This document shows, one piece after another, positions 1-11,254 of a stretch of 64,000 nt of DNA. Numbering within the stretch: position 1 is the stretch's first letter; each line of letters opens with the position of its first letter. Both the position numbers and the translations under genes were made by a program. The stretch is from Bryobacterales bacterium (GTDB taxonomy: Bacteria; Acidobacteriota; Terriglobia; Bryobacterales; UBA6623). The notes beneath the pieces are model-generated. The model saw only the letters and a list, made by a program, of their open reading frames with translations, ran no database searches and was not told the origin of the DNA. The DNA lies in assembly GCA_963422375.2 (NCBI GenBank), contig OY729427.2, positions 1,248,001 through 1,312,000 on the forward strand, written 5' to 3'.

Positions 1-52
1 GAGCGACGCTGCCGAGAGACGCGCCGTCGGCTAGCATGCTGGCGGGAGGATT

Positions 53-1918
53 GTGATGAATGCCCGGACCTTCGCGGCGGCGCTGCTTGCCATGTCGGCG
101 CTCGCCTGCGCGCAACTGCCCTCGATAGAGATCGACACGCCGATGACGCCGCCCGGATGGGCGCTGCAGCAGCGTGCCCTGCTCGAGGAGAACTCCCGGG
201 CTGTCGAGGCCTTCGCCGCGAAGTACCTTGACGAGCGGGGCTATCTGCTACACACGCCTCGCTGGGGCACGCTCGACGGACCTGACGACGCCATCGAGAC
301 GTTTTACAACTGGACGCTTCTGCACGCCCTAGGCGGGTCGGACGAAGTCCTGGACCTCTACAAGAAGGGCCTCGAGGGCCACCTGCGGCAGTACGACGAA
401 CTGCGCACGGAGCTGACGACACTGGCCCGCAACGGAGCCTACCACCGCGAATTCATCACCCAGTCGGACTGGTTCCACACGGGCGAGGGCATGCGGGCGT
501 TCCTGCTAATGGGGCACTCGGAGCCCGACAACGCCCAGCTCGTAGAGCGCATGGAGCGGTTCGCGCAGATGTACACGGGCGAGGACGCGACGGCGCCGAA
601 CTACGACAAGGAGCACAAGATCATCCGCAGCATCTGGAACGGGAGCCTCGGGCCGATGCTGCGCAGGGCGACCGTGTACGACTGGGTCGGCGACCCGGTG
701 GCGGGCAAGTTCCACCTCCTGCACAATCCGGCGCGCGCGACGAAGCTGCTGGACCTCGAGGAGTGGTATCCGCGCATGCTGGCGCACTGCGACGAGTACC
801 TCGACTCGGTCGGCGACAACTTCCTAAACCTCGCCGCAACGCTGCTCGGCACGAACACCTACGCGCTTACGGGCAAGGAGAAGTACCGCGAATGGACGCT
901 CGAGTACTTGGACGCGTGGAAGGAACGCGCCGCGGCGACCGGAGGCATGATTCCGTCGAACATCGGCTTGGACGGCACGCTCGGCGGGGCGCACGGCGGG
1001 CAGTGGTGGAAGGGGACCTACGGCTGGAACTTCACGATCTTCGACGGGGAGCTCGAGCAGGTCGCCCACCGCAACTACTTCACTGCAGCGAGCTTCCAAG
1101 GCTTCGCGAACGGGCTCCTGCTGACAGGCGACCAGAGCTACATCGACGTGCTGCGGAAGCAGATGGACCTGATTCTCGACGCGGGGAGGACAGAGGGCGG
1201 CCGGAGGCTCCTGCCGACGATGTACGGCGATCCGCGCGGCTACGCGCATGATGGGGATCCGGAGTTTTACCGATTCGAGCCGGTCACCTACTCGGACCGA
1301 CTCGCCGAGATCTATCTCTGGTCTATGAAGCCTTCCGACTTGGAGCGGGTTCCCTTGCAGCAGGAGGCATGGCTGGCGTTCCTCCAAGGCGAGAGACCCC
1401 GCTACCCCGAGGAGGCCATGAGTGCCGACTCACTGCACATCCGCCAGAGGCTCGAGCTGATGCGGAACGACGAGACCACGCCGGACACGCGCCTAGCGGA
1501 CTACCTGCTGGGGATCATGCCTGCGACGACCGACACGCTGATGCAGCTGACCACAGGCGGGTATTTCGCGCGGGGGCGGATCTGGGTGCTCCACAGCCGG
1601 CTGCGCCACTTCGACTCGCAGCGCAAGCGCGCGGGCCTGCCGCAGGACGTAGCGGCACTCGTTCACGAACTGGCCGAAGATTCGGTCACGGTCACGCTGG
1701 TCAACGTGAACCAAGCGGAGCCGCGGGAGCTGATCGTGCAGGCCGGCGGGTACGGCGAGCACCAGTTCACGCGCTTGGAAGGCGTCGGCGCGCCGGTGGA
1801 CCTAGACGCCAAGGCAGTGGCAGTGCGGCTCGCTCCCGGAGCGGGGCAACGGCTGACGCTTCGGATGAAGCGCTACGCCAACCGGCCGGATCTCTCGTTC
1901 CCGTGGGCCGGCCGATAA
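53..1918 (+). CDS. Secreted hypothetical protein, possibly an (alpha/alpha)-barrel carbohydrate-active enzyme
   Basis: 621-aa ORF with GC-typical codon usage, GGAGGA SD just upstream, N-terminal signal peptide (MNARTFAAALLAMSALACA), Trp/Tyr/Asp-rich. The fold guess is inference. Confidence 0.8.
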   Translation: MMNARTFAAALLAMSALACAQLPSIEIDTPMTPPGWALQQRALLEENSRAVEAFAAKYLDERGYLLHTPRWGTLDGPDDAIETFYNWTLLHALGGSDEVLDLYKKGLEGHLRQYDELRTELTTLARNGAYHREFITQSDWFHTGEGMRAFLLMGHSEPDNAQLVERMERFAQMYTGEDATAPNYDKEHKIIRSIWNGSLGPMLRRATVYDWVGDPVAGKFHLLHNPARATKLLDLEEWYPRMLAHCDEYLDSVGDNFLNLAATLLGTNTYALTGKEKYREWTLEYLDAWKERAAATGGMIPSNIGLDGTLGGAHGGQWWKGTYGWNFTIFDGELEQVAHRNYFTAASFQGFANGLLLTGDQSYIDVLRKQMDLILDAGRTEGGRRLLPTMYGDPRGYAHDGDPEFYRFEPVTYSDRLAEIYLWSMKPSDLERVPLQQEAWLAFLQGERPRYPEEAMSADSLHIRQRLELMRNDETTPDTRLADYLLGIMPATTDTLMQLTTGGYFARGRIWVLHSRLRHFDSQRKRAGLPQDVAALVHELAEDSVTVTLVNVNQAEPRELIVQAGGYGEHQFTRLEGVGAPVDLDAKAVAVRLAPGAGQRLTLRMKRYANRPDLSFPWAGR

Positions 1919-2295
1919 AGCGGCAGCGCGAGCGCGGCGACGACCGAGTCGGGGTCCCTTCGTGTATCGAGCGAGGCTCTCGGACGCGAGAGTCGATCAG
2001 CGCGTCCTCGGAGCGCATCTGGTCGTCGTCGGTGACCTCGACGATTTCAAGGCCGCGCACAGGATCGACTTGGTCCAGCACGTCAGCGAGAGGCTGCAAG
2101 GTGACGCCGTGTGGCGGCGCGGGCAGGCGGTCTAGTCCAAGCCGCGACAGCCCCGCATGCAGTGGCCGCTTGCAGCTCGCCGCACGGGTTGCGGACACCG
2201 AACTCCGCACGGAACAGCATGCCCATGGCGGTGCAGGCGGCCCAGCAGTGTTCCTTAAGCAGCTTCTCGAGACGGGCCCGGGACTCGTCGGTGGC

Positions 2296-2375
2296 TAGCG
2301 ATTCTCAATTTGGGCATTTCGGGATTTCCAGAGTGTCTGAGAGGGGTCCGAAGGCAGTCTGGCGCAACCGGGCGC
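2296..2375 (+). mobile_element. Orphan left end of the ISNCY-like element
   Basis: TAGCGATTCTCAATTTGGGCATTTCGGGATTTCCAGAGTGTCTGAGA closely matches the left end of the element at 4210. Confidence 0.7.
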
Positions 2376-2526
2376 TCGAGGATCCGATCGCCATTGCGCG
2401 CGAGGCGCTAGCGACAGCGCGGTGCAGGTGCTCGGCGACGAGACGTTGCGCGACTTCGCCCGCGAGCTGGCCCAGACCGTAAGTAGCGCCGGTGACAATA
2501 CTCGTATCCGGTTGACAGTAAGGAAG

Positions 2527-3528
2527 GGGAATTATATATCTGAGTGCCGACAACGTCATGTCCGACTAGAACTGCTCTGAGCAGGGAGGTCGGCGTCTAG
2601 CTCGGGTCATTCGAGTGCGGCCGCGGTGGGCACGGAGGGGGTGGGATCGCATCTGAATCGAACCTGCCAGCGGATTTGACGAGGGACGGATTAGAGAGGC
2701 CCCCTCGCATGCCCCGGTGGAACCCGGCTTGCGGCGGAGGGGCACCCCTTGCAAGCCGATTTCGTGCCCTCCGAGGGCCGAAGATCTCGTGCTTGTTGCG
2801 CTCCTTGCCGCCGACATAGGTCTCGTCCACCTCCACCGGGCCGGCGAACAGGCCCTGATCCCGCTCCCAGCACGCGCGGATGCGGTGCGCCAGGTGCCAG
2901 GGCGACTTCCGGCTGATGCCCAGGTCGCGGTGAAGCTTCATGCTCGAGACACCCTTGATGCCGGTGGTCAGCCAGCGGTTCTAAATTTGGCCATCAAGGT
3001 GGTGGGCGAGCGTTGTTTCGGAGGATGAGGTGAACAAGTTGACCGATCTCAGACACTCTGGAAGTCCCAGAATGCCCAAATTTAGAATTGCTGGGTGGTC
3101 AGCAGGAACAGGGTGACGGCCCAGACGCGGTAGCCGAGCTTGGTGCCGGCCATCACGCTGCCGGTACACACGGAAAAGCGCTTGCCGCAGCCGCGGCAAC
3201 GGTACGGCATCGAAGGGTGGGCCGCGCCGGACTGCACGCTGGAGCCGAGGCAGTGGGGGCACGCGGGGCTGTCCGGCCAGCGCATGGCAGCGAACCATCT
3301 TTCCGCGGATTCGTCATCGGGGAACATGGCGATCACTTCGATCAATGTGATGCCTCTAAGAATCCACTTTCCGGGACCTTTATTCTTCACTAACGATATC
3401 CTATACTGGAAATATTCTGCCAAGAAACACCACTGAATGTCAACGGGACTCTGGAAGATATATAAAAATATCTTATGACTTGATAAGTTGCCGACTTGGT
3501 TCCCTCGGCACTCAGATATATAATTCCC
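2527..3528 (-). mobile_element. IS1595-family element, internally deleted, transposase interrupted
   Basis: TIRs GGGAATTATATATCTGAGTGCCGA at both ends; zinc ribbon CPHC..YRCRGCGKRFSV, KGVSSMKLHRDLGIS and VEVDETYVGGK; C-terminal half missing. Confidence 0.85.
2973..3093 (-). mobile_element. 121-bp MITE derived from the ISNCY-like element at 4210-5763
   Basis: Joins the left ~45 bp and right ~75 bp of that IS; 10-bp direct repeat GGTGGTCAGC at 2963-2972 and 3094-3103; removal restores LFLLTTGIKGVSS. Confidence 0.9.
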
Positions 3529-4209
3529 TATAGAAGCCAATTCTAGTCTCCCAAGACGAAGATTTCTCTGTAACGGAGTGACTCGTCCGAATCCCTGCGG
3601 ATTCCGGGCAAGGCGCGGTAGTCTTCGCGATCAGCGGCTGAGCACCCTCCGAGGTTGGATTCTCTATGCAGTGCTCGTATCGTCATACGACTCCAGGATG
3701 AAATATGCAAAGCTGATCAGGTCAGAATCCAGTCGTTTTGTCACAGGCACTAAGTAGCAGCGTCACCACCGACTGGACGCTCCGGGAGAACGTCCGCGCC
3801 AATCTGCGCCGGCTCGTCAAGCGCCTCCTGCGCAAGCACAGCTATCCGCCGGACAGGCAGGAGGCGTCGACACGGACTGTGCAGGATCAAGCAGGGGTGC
3901 TGTCGACTGGGTGGTCGCTGGAGGTTGGTCCACGGTGACTCAGGGAACACAGGGCGCACAGATGTGGCGCGGCTGGCGTCCGTCAACGAACGCTGGAGCC
4001 AGAGGGCGCCTAGGGTAGCCGGAATGCACAACTGCACACAGCCGACGCCAAGTCCGTACTGGATGAGTGCGGTGTCGTTCGCCGACCTTCACCGGTTGCT
4101 GAGGGCCGTCGGCGACGCGCCGGGTGGCCTTCGGCCCCGCGAGCTAGACGCCCTCGTGCTGGCACGTAGGGTGGCTCTCACGGCCCGCCGATCACTGCCG
4201 AAGCCGACC

Positions 4210-5763
4210 CAGCGATTCTAAATTTGGGCATTCTGGGACTTCCAGAGTGTCTGAGAAGGGTGTCGAAGGCTGGCTGGCACTTGACTTTTCCTAGCGGACT
4301 TTGTGAGCTAGGGGGTATGCCCCAGGTCTTGGACGCGTTGCTGAGCGCCTTCCGCGAGACGGCCGCCGACCTGCCCGACCGGCGCACCGGTCGCAACACG
4401 CGCTACGCGGTCAGCGACGCCGCCGGTTGCGCTCTGTCCTGCTTCTTCACCCGGTGCGAGTCGTTCCTCGCGTCCCAGCGCAGCATGGAGCGGGACGGCT
4501 CCCGCTCCAACTGCCGGACCCTGTTCGGCGTGGGCCGCATCCCCTGCGACAACCGGATCCGCAACTTGCTCGACGGCCTCGACCCGGCCGCGTTCGACCC
4601 GCTGTTCCGGCTGGGCTTGGAAACCGTGGCCGCGCGGGGCGCGCTCAAGCCCTTCCAGCGCCTCGGCGAGCGCCTGCTGGTGGCTCTGGACGGCATCCGG
4701 TTCCACTGCTCCGACACGGTGCGTTGCCAGCAGTGCTCGGTGCGGCACCTTGGCAGCGAACGCCGGCCGCAGTACTTCCACACCATGGTTGCGGCCACCG
4801 TGGTGGCCGACGGCCACGCCACCGTCCTGCCGCTGATGCCCGAGTTCGTGTGCCCGCAGCAGGACGCGGCCGCGACCCGCGCCGACATGAGCGAGGACGA
4901 GCGCAAGCGGGACTGCGAGCGCAACGCCGCCAAGCGCTGGCTCGCCGCTCACGGCGCCTGGCTGCAGGCCTGCCGCCCCGTCCTGCCGGGCGACGACCTG
5001 TACTGCTGCCAGCCGCTCTGCGAGGCCGCCGCGGCGGCCGGCATGGACTACATCCGGGTATGCAAGCCCGGATCCCGCAAGCACTTGTACGAGGTGCTGG
5101 AGAGCCGGCGGGCGAGCGGCACCGTTTCCGCCGGACGGACGCGGTGCCCCTGCGCCAGGGCCGCGACGCCCTGCAGGGCACTTGGATCGAGTACGCCGTG
5201 GAGTGCGACGGCAAGCGCACCTGCGCCAGCAGCTTCTTCACCAGTCTCGCGGTCACCGCGGACAATGCGGAGCGGATCGCGCGGGCCGGCCGGGCGCGCT
5301 GGAAGATCGAGAACGAGGGCTTCAACTGCCTGGCGCGGCACGGCTGCAACTTCAGGCACGGCAAGGCCGCGCTGGCCAACGTGCTGGCCGTGCTGAACCT
5401 GTTCGCCTTCGTGCTCCACGCCGTGGTGCAGTGCGTCTGCGCGCTGTGGCGGCAGTGCCGGCGCAAGGCTGGTCACGCGCCGCGACTTGTTCGAGGAGCT
5501 GAGGGTCGCGCTGCGCTGGTTCCGCTTCCCGGACTGGCCGACTCTGCTGGCGGCGGTGCGCGCCGGACGCGCGACGCCAGGCTGCCAGCCGGCCGCGGGC
5601 CCGGCACCAAGCGAACCCGTCGCGGGGTCGCGCCACAGCCCTGCCAGCCGTCCGACGCTCCCGCGGGGCGGCCTCAGTAGCGCGACCTCTCGGTCAACTT
5701 GTTCACCTCATCCTCCGAAACAACGCTTACCTACCACCTTGATGGCCAAATTGAGAACCGCTG
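4210..5763 (+). mobile_element. ISNCY-like DDE transposase element with frameshifted transposase (~4317-5680)
   Basis: TIRs CAGCGATTCTAAATTTGG / CCAAATTGAGAACCGCTG; motifs LVALDG, RDCERNAAKRWL and GRARWKIENEGFN lie in different frames; no TSD seen. Confidence 0.8.
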
Positions 5764-5941
5764 CCCGCCGCCGCAACCGCAGCGGTGGTCGAAGAACCTA
5801 GGCCCGCTGATGCTCAGCACCGAGCCCGGGCGCTTCTAGCGCGCCCGGTTGAGCGAGTCGCGGCGGTAGCCGAGCAGTTCGGCCAGCGGGTGATCGCGAA
5901 CTCTGTCGCACGCGCCGCGCCAAGCGGCCGACCCGGGATCC

Positions 5942-8835
5942 CAAGGCTGATTCCTTCTCGTTTGCGAGTCTACGTCAAGCGGGAACTGTGTTATGCTTAT
6001 TCTGATGACGGTAGATTGAATCTTGTCAGCAGGAGCAGCGGCGATAGCTGTCTTGGCAGCCGTTGTGGCCGTGCCATCGACCCTTTCTCGGCAGGGTGCG
6101 ACGGTGGAGTCTCTGGGCAAGACGGTCGAGTCGATCGCAGAGACCGTCAAAGGTCAGAGCGATGCGGTTGCCGACCAGAACCAAGTTGTCTCGCAGCTGG
6201 CGTCGTGCATTGTGGGGCTTATGCTAGAGAAGAATCAGAGATTGGAGAGACCACTGCGCTTACCGGAGAGCTGCCAAGCAATCGCAAATAGATGATCAGT
6301 GGCTGTCATTTTAATGAATTCATCATAGCGCGAGTTCACTAGTCATTTCTACAATAAACACTTGTTTTCGACGAATTTCTGCCAGTATGAAGTGGCGATC
6401 TGTCGGGTCTCAAGGGTTGGAGGTCGAGTAGGAACGTCAATCCCGAAGCCTAATTCCCAATAATCTAGACGGGCGGGCGGAGTTGAGGAGCGGACTTCGG
6501 GCACGTGAGGAGCCCATAGCAGTCCGTGATGCGAGAAGATTCTTGACGCCTTCTATGATTCCCTTTCGTTTCGTTACGACATCGCATTGCTTCGGCAGGT
6601 TGTCCGTCATCCATTCCAGTCTCATGGCCGCCTGCCGCGCCTGCACGGCTGATGCATGGAGATTCCTAGCGTCAATGTGTCAATGACCGACGTAGGGCGT
6701 GCTTCGTCCTAGCCTGAATGTCCGACATACGAGCGGTTAGGGAGTGGGCTGGCTTTCTTGGCGGGAATCGTGTATACCCGGAGCTATGGCAATCGTTGCT
6801 GCAGCCCAAGTGCTTCCCGCCCGGGAAAACCCGGAGTTCCGCTTGGAGGAGGTGGCGATGCGCTTGATTCAGCCCGACGAGCGGCTGGAGTGGGACCGGC
6901 GCATGGACGCAGGACACTACCTGGGCTTCCGGCAGTTCGCGGGCCGCGGGCTGCGCTACGTGGCCGAGTGGCGCGGGCAGTGGCTGGCAGACCGGCGTGT
7001 TCCAGTGCGCTCCGCACGACCGCTGGATCGGCTGGCACCGTGCGGTGCGGATGCGCCGTCTGCATCTGATCGCCAACAACACGCGCTTCCCGCGTGCTGC
7101 CCGCGGGCGAGGGCCTTAAGAACCTCGGCTCGTACGTGCTGGGGGACAACCTGCGGCACCTCGCCGCGGACTGGGAGCGGCGCTGGGGGCATCCGCTGCT
7201 GCTGGCCGAGACCTTCGTGCAGCCGAGCGCGTACCGCGGCACGGTGTACCTGGCGGCGCACTGGATCCCGCTGGGGCTGACCCGGGGCTACGCGCGCTCG
7301 AACGGCAAGTACACCGCCAAGCACGGGGAGCGCAAGCGCATGCTGGCGTACCCACTGCAGGACGACGCGCGGGAACTGCTGCAAGACCCGCTGGACCGCC
7401 CGGAATGGTCCTGCCGGGCGGTGCAGGTGCAGTACGAGCAGGCCGAGCTGCGCTCGCTGCAGGACATGCCGGACGAGCTGGAGGACCCGCGCAGCGTGCG
7501 CGGCCTGCGGCATCCGCCGGGCGCCGCGGTGGCGTTGCCAGCGCTGGCGAAGCTGGCCGGGCACAGCGGCGGCCGGGCCGCCGAGAGGTTCTCCAAGGCC
7601 TTGACGCAAAAGGAGTTACGGATCCTCGGCTACCGCTTCCGGCGCGACCCCGGGCGCTGCGAGGCGCCCTCGGACACGACCTTCCAGCGCATCATGGAGC
7701 GGCTCGAGCCGGGGGAGCTGGAGCGCGTCGTCCAGCGCTGGACGCAGCCGCGCTGCAAGCGTCCCGCGGCGGTGGCCGCGGACGGCAAGCGCATTCGCGG
7801 GGCCAACCGCCTCACGCCGGAAGGCACGCATTACGAGACGGTCACGCTGGTGGACCACGCGACGGGCATCCCGCTGGCGAGCCGGGGCTACTTCGAGGAG
7901 GGCGGCGAGCCGGCAGCGATGCGGGCGCTGCTGGAGGAGCTGGACGTGCGCGGGCTGGTGGTGACCTTGGACGCGGGACACGCCGGGTTCGCCACGGAGG
8001 CCGCGCTGGCGGACCGGCACGGCGCGGACTACCTGCAGATGATCAAGGGCAACTGCAAGGCCACGCTGGCACGGCTGGCGGCCCGGGACTGGTCGCGGGG
8101 GCGCCGCTACGCGCAGCGCTGGACGCGCTCGCACGGGCGCTGGGAGAAGCGCCTGATCGAGGTCGTGGACTTGGAGCCCGGGGAGCTGGCGTTCCGGCAC
8201 GTGCGCCAGGCGATCCGCGTGACGCGCCCCACGCGTAAGACCGAGGACGGCCGGTGACCGAGGGGGTGCTCCACGGCATCACGTCGCTGACGCGCGCGCA
8301 GGCCGGGGCGCGGCGCCTGCTGACGCTGCAGCGCGGCCGCCGGGCGGTGGAGAACGCGAACCACTACTCGCGCGACGTGGCGTTCCGCGAGGACGCCAGC
8401 CGCATCCGCACCGGCAACGGGCCCCTGGCGAACGTGGCGCTGAACAACCTCGTGCTGGCGATCGTGCGCCGCCGGGGCAAGGAATTCGACACGGTGCCGC
8501 AGGCGCGGATCCACTTCAGCGTGCGGCGCGAGGACGCCTTGGCGGCGATCCTGCAGCCGATCCGAACCGCCGACCTGACGCCGCTGCGCGCGGGGCGGTC
8601 GGCCGGAGCTTGGAACGCCGGCCCGGCGGGTCCCGCAGCAAGGGACCGGGCGGAGAAAGGGGCCGGTTTGCGCGTGCTGCCGGGCGGGCCTGCCCGCGGC
8701 CCGAAGGACGGGCCGCTTCAGAGGGCGGTGCGCATCCTCCCGCACCGAATCGGCCGCTGCGCAAGTCCTAGCACCCACTCATCCTACACACCACCCGCTT
8801 GGCCTAGACCCACACACGAGAAGGAATCAACCCTG
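5942..8835 (+). mobile_element. ISAs1-family element with a DUF4338-fused transposase pseudogene (~6786-8580) and a passenger segment
   Basis: Imperfect ~40-bp inverted ends CAAGGCTGATTCCTTCTCG / CGAGAAGGAATCAACCCTG; N-terminal HYLGF..GRGLRYVAE and HPLLLAETFV; ISAs1 motifs AADGKRIRG, VTLDAGH, IKGN, HGRWEKR, VENANHYSRDVAFREDASRIR; several frameshifts. Confidence 0.75.
6004..6295 (+). CDS. Small putative membrane/coiled-coil protein, possibly a pseudogene (early TGA)
   Basis: Hydrophobic N-terminus (AGAAAIAVLAAVVAVP) followed by a heptad-like segment; an in-frame TGA follows MTVD. Confidence 0.35.
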
Positions 8836-9114
8836 GCCGCGCCTGCCGCCGCGGGTCTAGCGGACCCTCCGCGCCCTTGCGAGGGCGGGGTGCAGCCTGA
8901 AATCGCGGTCGAGTCGCGGGACACGCACCCGGCCTGCGGCCGCTCGAGCAGCGCCAAATGGGCTGGTCGCTCAAGGCGAGGACGGTCTCAGCGGCACTGA
9001 ACGTGCCCACCTACGCGAGCGGCTCGCTGCAGCTCAGCACGACGGGCCATCTGGGACTCGAGCTCCCATCGTACGTCGGGGACAATGTGACGCCTGCTGG
9101 CCAACGAGCGCTGG

Positions 9115-9527
9115 TCACTCGTGGCGCGTTTTTCCGAGTCCAGATGAAGGAGAGCGGTGGTCCGCATGACCTCGCAGGAAAGCGGCGACGAGACCCAGTA
9201 CGGTCGCCCCGCCGACTGTCGCGGCGGCTAGGGCATGACCTGAGTGACCAAGGAACGCCGAAGTGGCAAATGCCGACAGGGTGACGATCAGAGCATATTG
9301 CTGCCCTCGCCGCTCACCGTCGGAGCTTCGCTCCGCCATTCGAAGGATTCGGTCGGACGACCCAGGTACCGCACTCTCGTACTCTCGCAGAACCCCGGGG
9401 GAGGGATGGGTCCGGAAAACGCCACCGCAACGGATCGGCCGACGGCCGCGCTATCACCGTCGCTCTCCAGTCGGGCAACGCCCTGCCGGCTCGCCTCCGC
9501 CTCAGCGCCGTGGTCCGGTGTCTCCAT
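9115..9527 (-). pseudogene. DUF2335-like membrane protein, frameshifted
   Basis: FSGPIPPP motif, then RRGQQYALIVTL plus two TM segments in another frame. Confidence 0.7.
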
Positions 9528-9744
9528 TGGTTTCAGCTTCCTCGACGGCGATCCCCATCGCAGACCGAAGGTGATCCCCCACCCGGGCCCAAGCCCGGCC
9601 GACGCGCTCTTCGGGAGTCGAGCCGTGGGCGGGCCATATATCGATCAGGCTCCCGATGGCTCTAAAATACGCGGTCCTTCGCATGGCCCGCGCGGTATGC
9701 TGATCCGGAATCTCGGCCCTTGGCACCATGAGGTACTCCTCCAT
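9502..9744 (-). CDS. Small protein overlapping and upstream of the DUF2335-like gene
   Basis: 80 aa with GSLIDIWP...AWARVGDHLRSAM, a pattern I associate with DUF2335 partner genes. Confidence 0.55.
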   Translation of the reverse strand: MEEYLMVPRAEIPDQHTARAMRRTAYFRAIGSLIDIWPAHGSTPEERVGRAWARVGDHLRSAMGIAVEEAETNGDTGPRR

Positions 9745-10189
9745 CGCTACGAGCAGTATAACCGGTCGTCAACGGATGTCCGCTCGCGGGTCGGTCGCGA
9801 CGAAATTGGCCTCTAGTCCCGAACTGCGGTTATTCTCGTTCTAAACATCCAAGCCGTTCGGCAGGGTGTTCACACGTCTGCAGAGCGGACGCTTGGAGCA
9901 GGTATGGGTCGGGGTCGGACTGAGAGCGAGCAGAGATCTGTCCCATAGCCGGAAGTGTTTCGCGTTCTTCTTGGCGACGGGCGGACCAATCCAGTCGGCC
10001 TGGCTCCAACCGGTCGCGTCCGGACTCGTATCCACGACTCCATCCGGCACGACACGATCTGCCTTTTCGCCGTCAGGTCCTACTGGGTGCCCATTCGACT
10101 CCGCAGTGCGACACCCCCCGAGCCACAGGATCGGAGGGAGGGGTGAGGGAAGGCAGCGACCGGTGGTGCCGGGAGGAGCGGAAAGTCCC

Positions 10190-10400
10190 ATGCCGAGGAG
10201 GTGCAAGCACGTGAGGAAGGAGGATCGCTGCCGGATCGAGACGCTGCGGGCCGCGTGCATGGGAGCGGCGGAGGCGGACGGCGTCGTGCCACCCGCACAA
10301 GGTGAACGGCCGCGCTGCGAGCGCGGATCGAGACCTGCCTGCGGCAGGCCCGGAGCCCGGAGCAAGTCGCGGCGTGGCTGAAGCTGGAGGAAATCTTCCT
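10190..10400 (+). pseudogene. IS30-family transposase remnant
   Basis: MPRRCKHVRKEDRCRIETL (N-terminal HTH) and RSPEQVAAWLK motifs, joined by a deletion. Confidence 0.55.
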
Positions 10401-10457
10401 AGCGGGTCAGGAACGGAGGGGAACTGCGCGCGGGCGGTGCGGTGCCGGTCCTCCGGG

Positions 10458-11252
10458 CAGGGTTGATTCCTTCTCGTTTGTGGGTCTAGGCCAAGCGTGT
10501 GGTGTGTAGGGTGAGTGGGCGCTAGGACCCGCGTAGCGGCCGATTCTGCGCGGGAGGATGTGCACCGGCCCCCGGAAGCGGCCCGTCATACGGGCCCGGG
10601 CAGGTCCTCCCGGCAGCACGCGCGAACCGGCCCCTTCCCCGCCCAGTCCCTTGCTGCGGGACCTGCCGGGCCGACGTTCCAAGCTCCGGCCGACCGCCCC
10701 GCGCGCTGCGGCGTCAGGCCGGCGGTTCAGATCGGCTGCAGGATCGCCGCCAAGGCGTCCTCGCGTCGCACGCTGAAGTGGATCCGCTCCTGCGGTACCG
10801 TGTCGAATTCCTTGCCCCGGCGGCGCACGATCGCCAGCACGAGGTTGTTCGGCGCCGCGTTCGCCAGGGCCCGTTGCCGGTGCGGATGCGGCCAGCGTCC
10901 TCGCGGAAGGCCGCGTCGCGCGAGTAGCGGTTCGCGTTCTCCACCGCCCGGCGGCCGCGCTGCAGCGTCAGCAGGCGCCGCGTCCAGCGCTGCGCGTAGC
11001 GGCGCCCCCGCAACCAATCCCGGGCCGCCAGCCGTGCCAGCACGGCCTTGCAGTTGCCCTTGATCATCTGCGGGTAGTCCGTGCCGTGCCGGTCCGCCAG
11101 CGCGGCCTCCGTGGCGACCCCGGCGTGCCCCGCGTCCAAGGTGACCACCAGCCCGCGCACGTCCACCTCCTCCAGCAGCCCCCGCATCACCGCCCTCTTC
11201 GCAGTAGCCCCGGCTCGCCAGCGGGATGCCCGCCAGCGTGACCGTCTCGTAA
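10458..11252 (-). mobile_element. Truncated second ISAs1-family copy (3' part plus right end)
   Basis: Highly similar, inverted, to ~7830-8835 with internal deletions; TIR CAGGGTTGATTCCTTCTCG at 10458. Confidence 0.85.
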
Positions 11253-11254
11253 TC

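Larger units (their letters stand above)
2486..3750. mobile_element. MITE family A, diverged copy containing a nested IS1595
   Basis: Ends GCGCCGGTGACAATAC...GTTTTGTCACAGGCAC; 6-bp direct repeat TAAGTA at 2480-2485 and 3751-3756; internal sequence homologous to 43015-43269. Confidence 0.8.
2410..3938 (+). pseudogene. hsdR: Type I restriction HsdR C-terminal (DUF3387-like) fragment, split by the MITE at 2486-3750
   Basis: Removing 2486-3756 gives in-frame [66 protein letters not shown], the typical HsdR C-terminal motif. Confidence 0.75.

Noticed and set aside
6437..6700. Possible transposase fragment (LPKQCDVVTK)
   Set aside because: The resemblance is too short and there are no IS ends to support a call.
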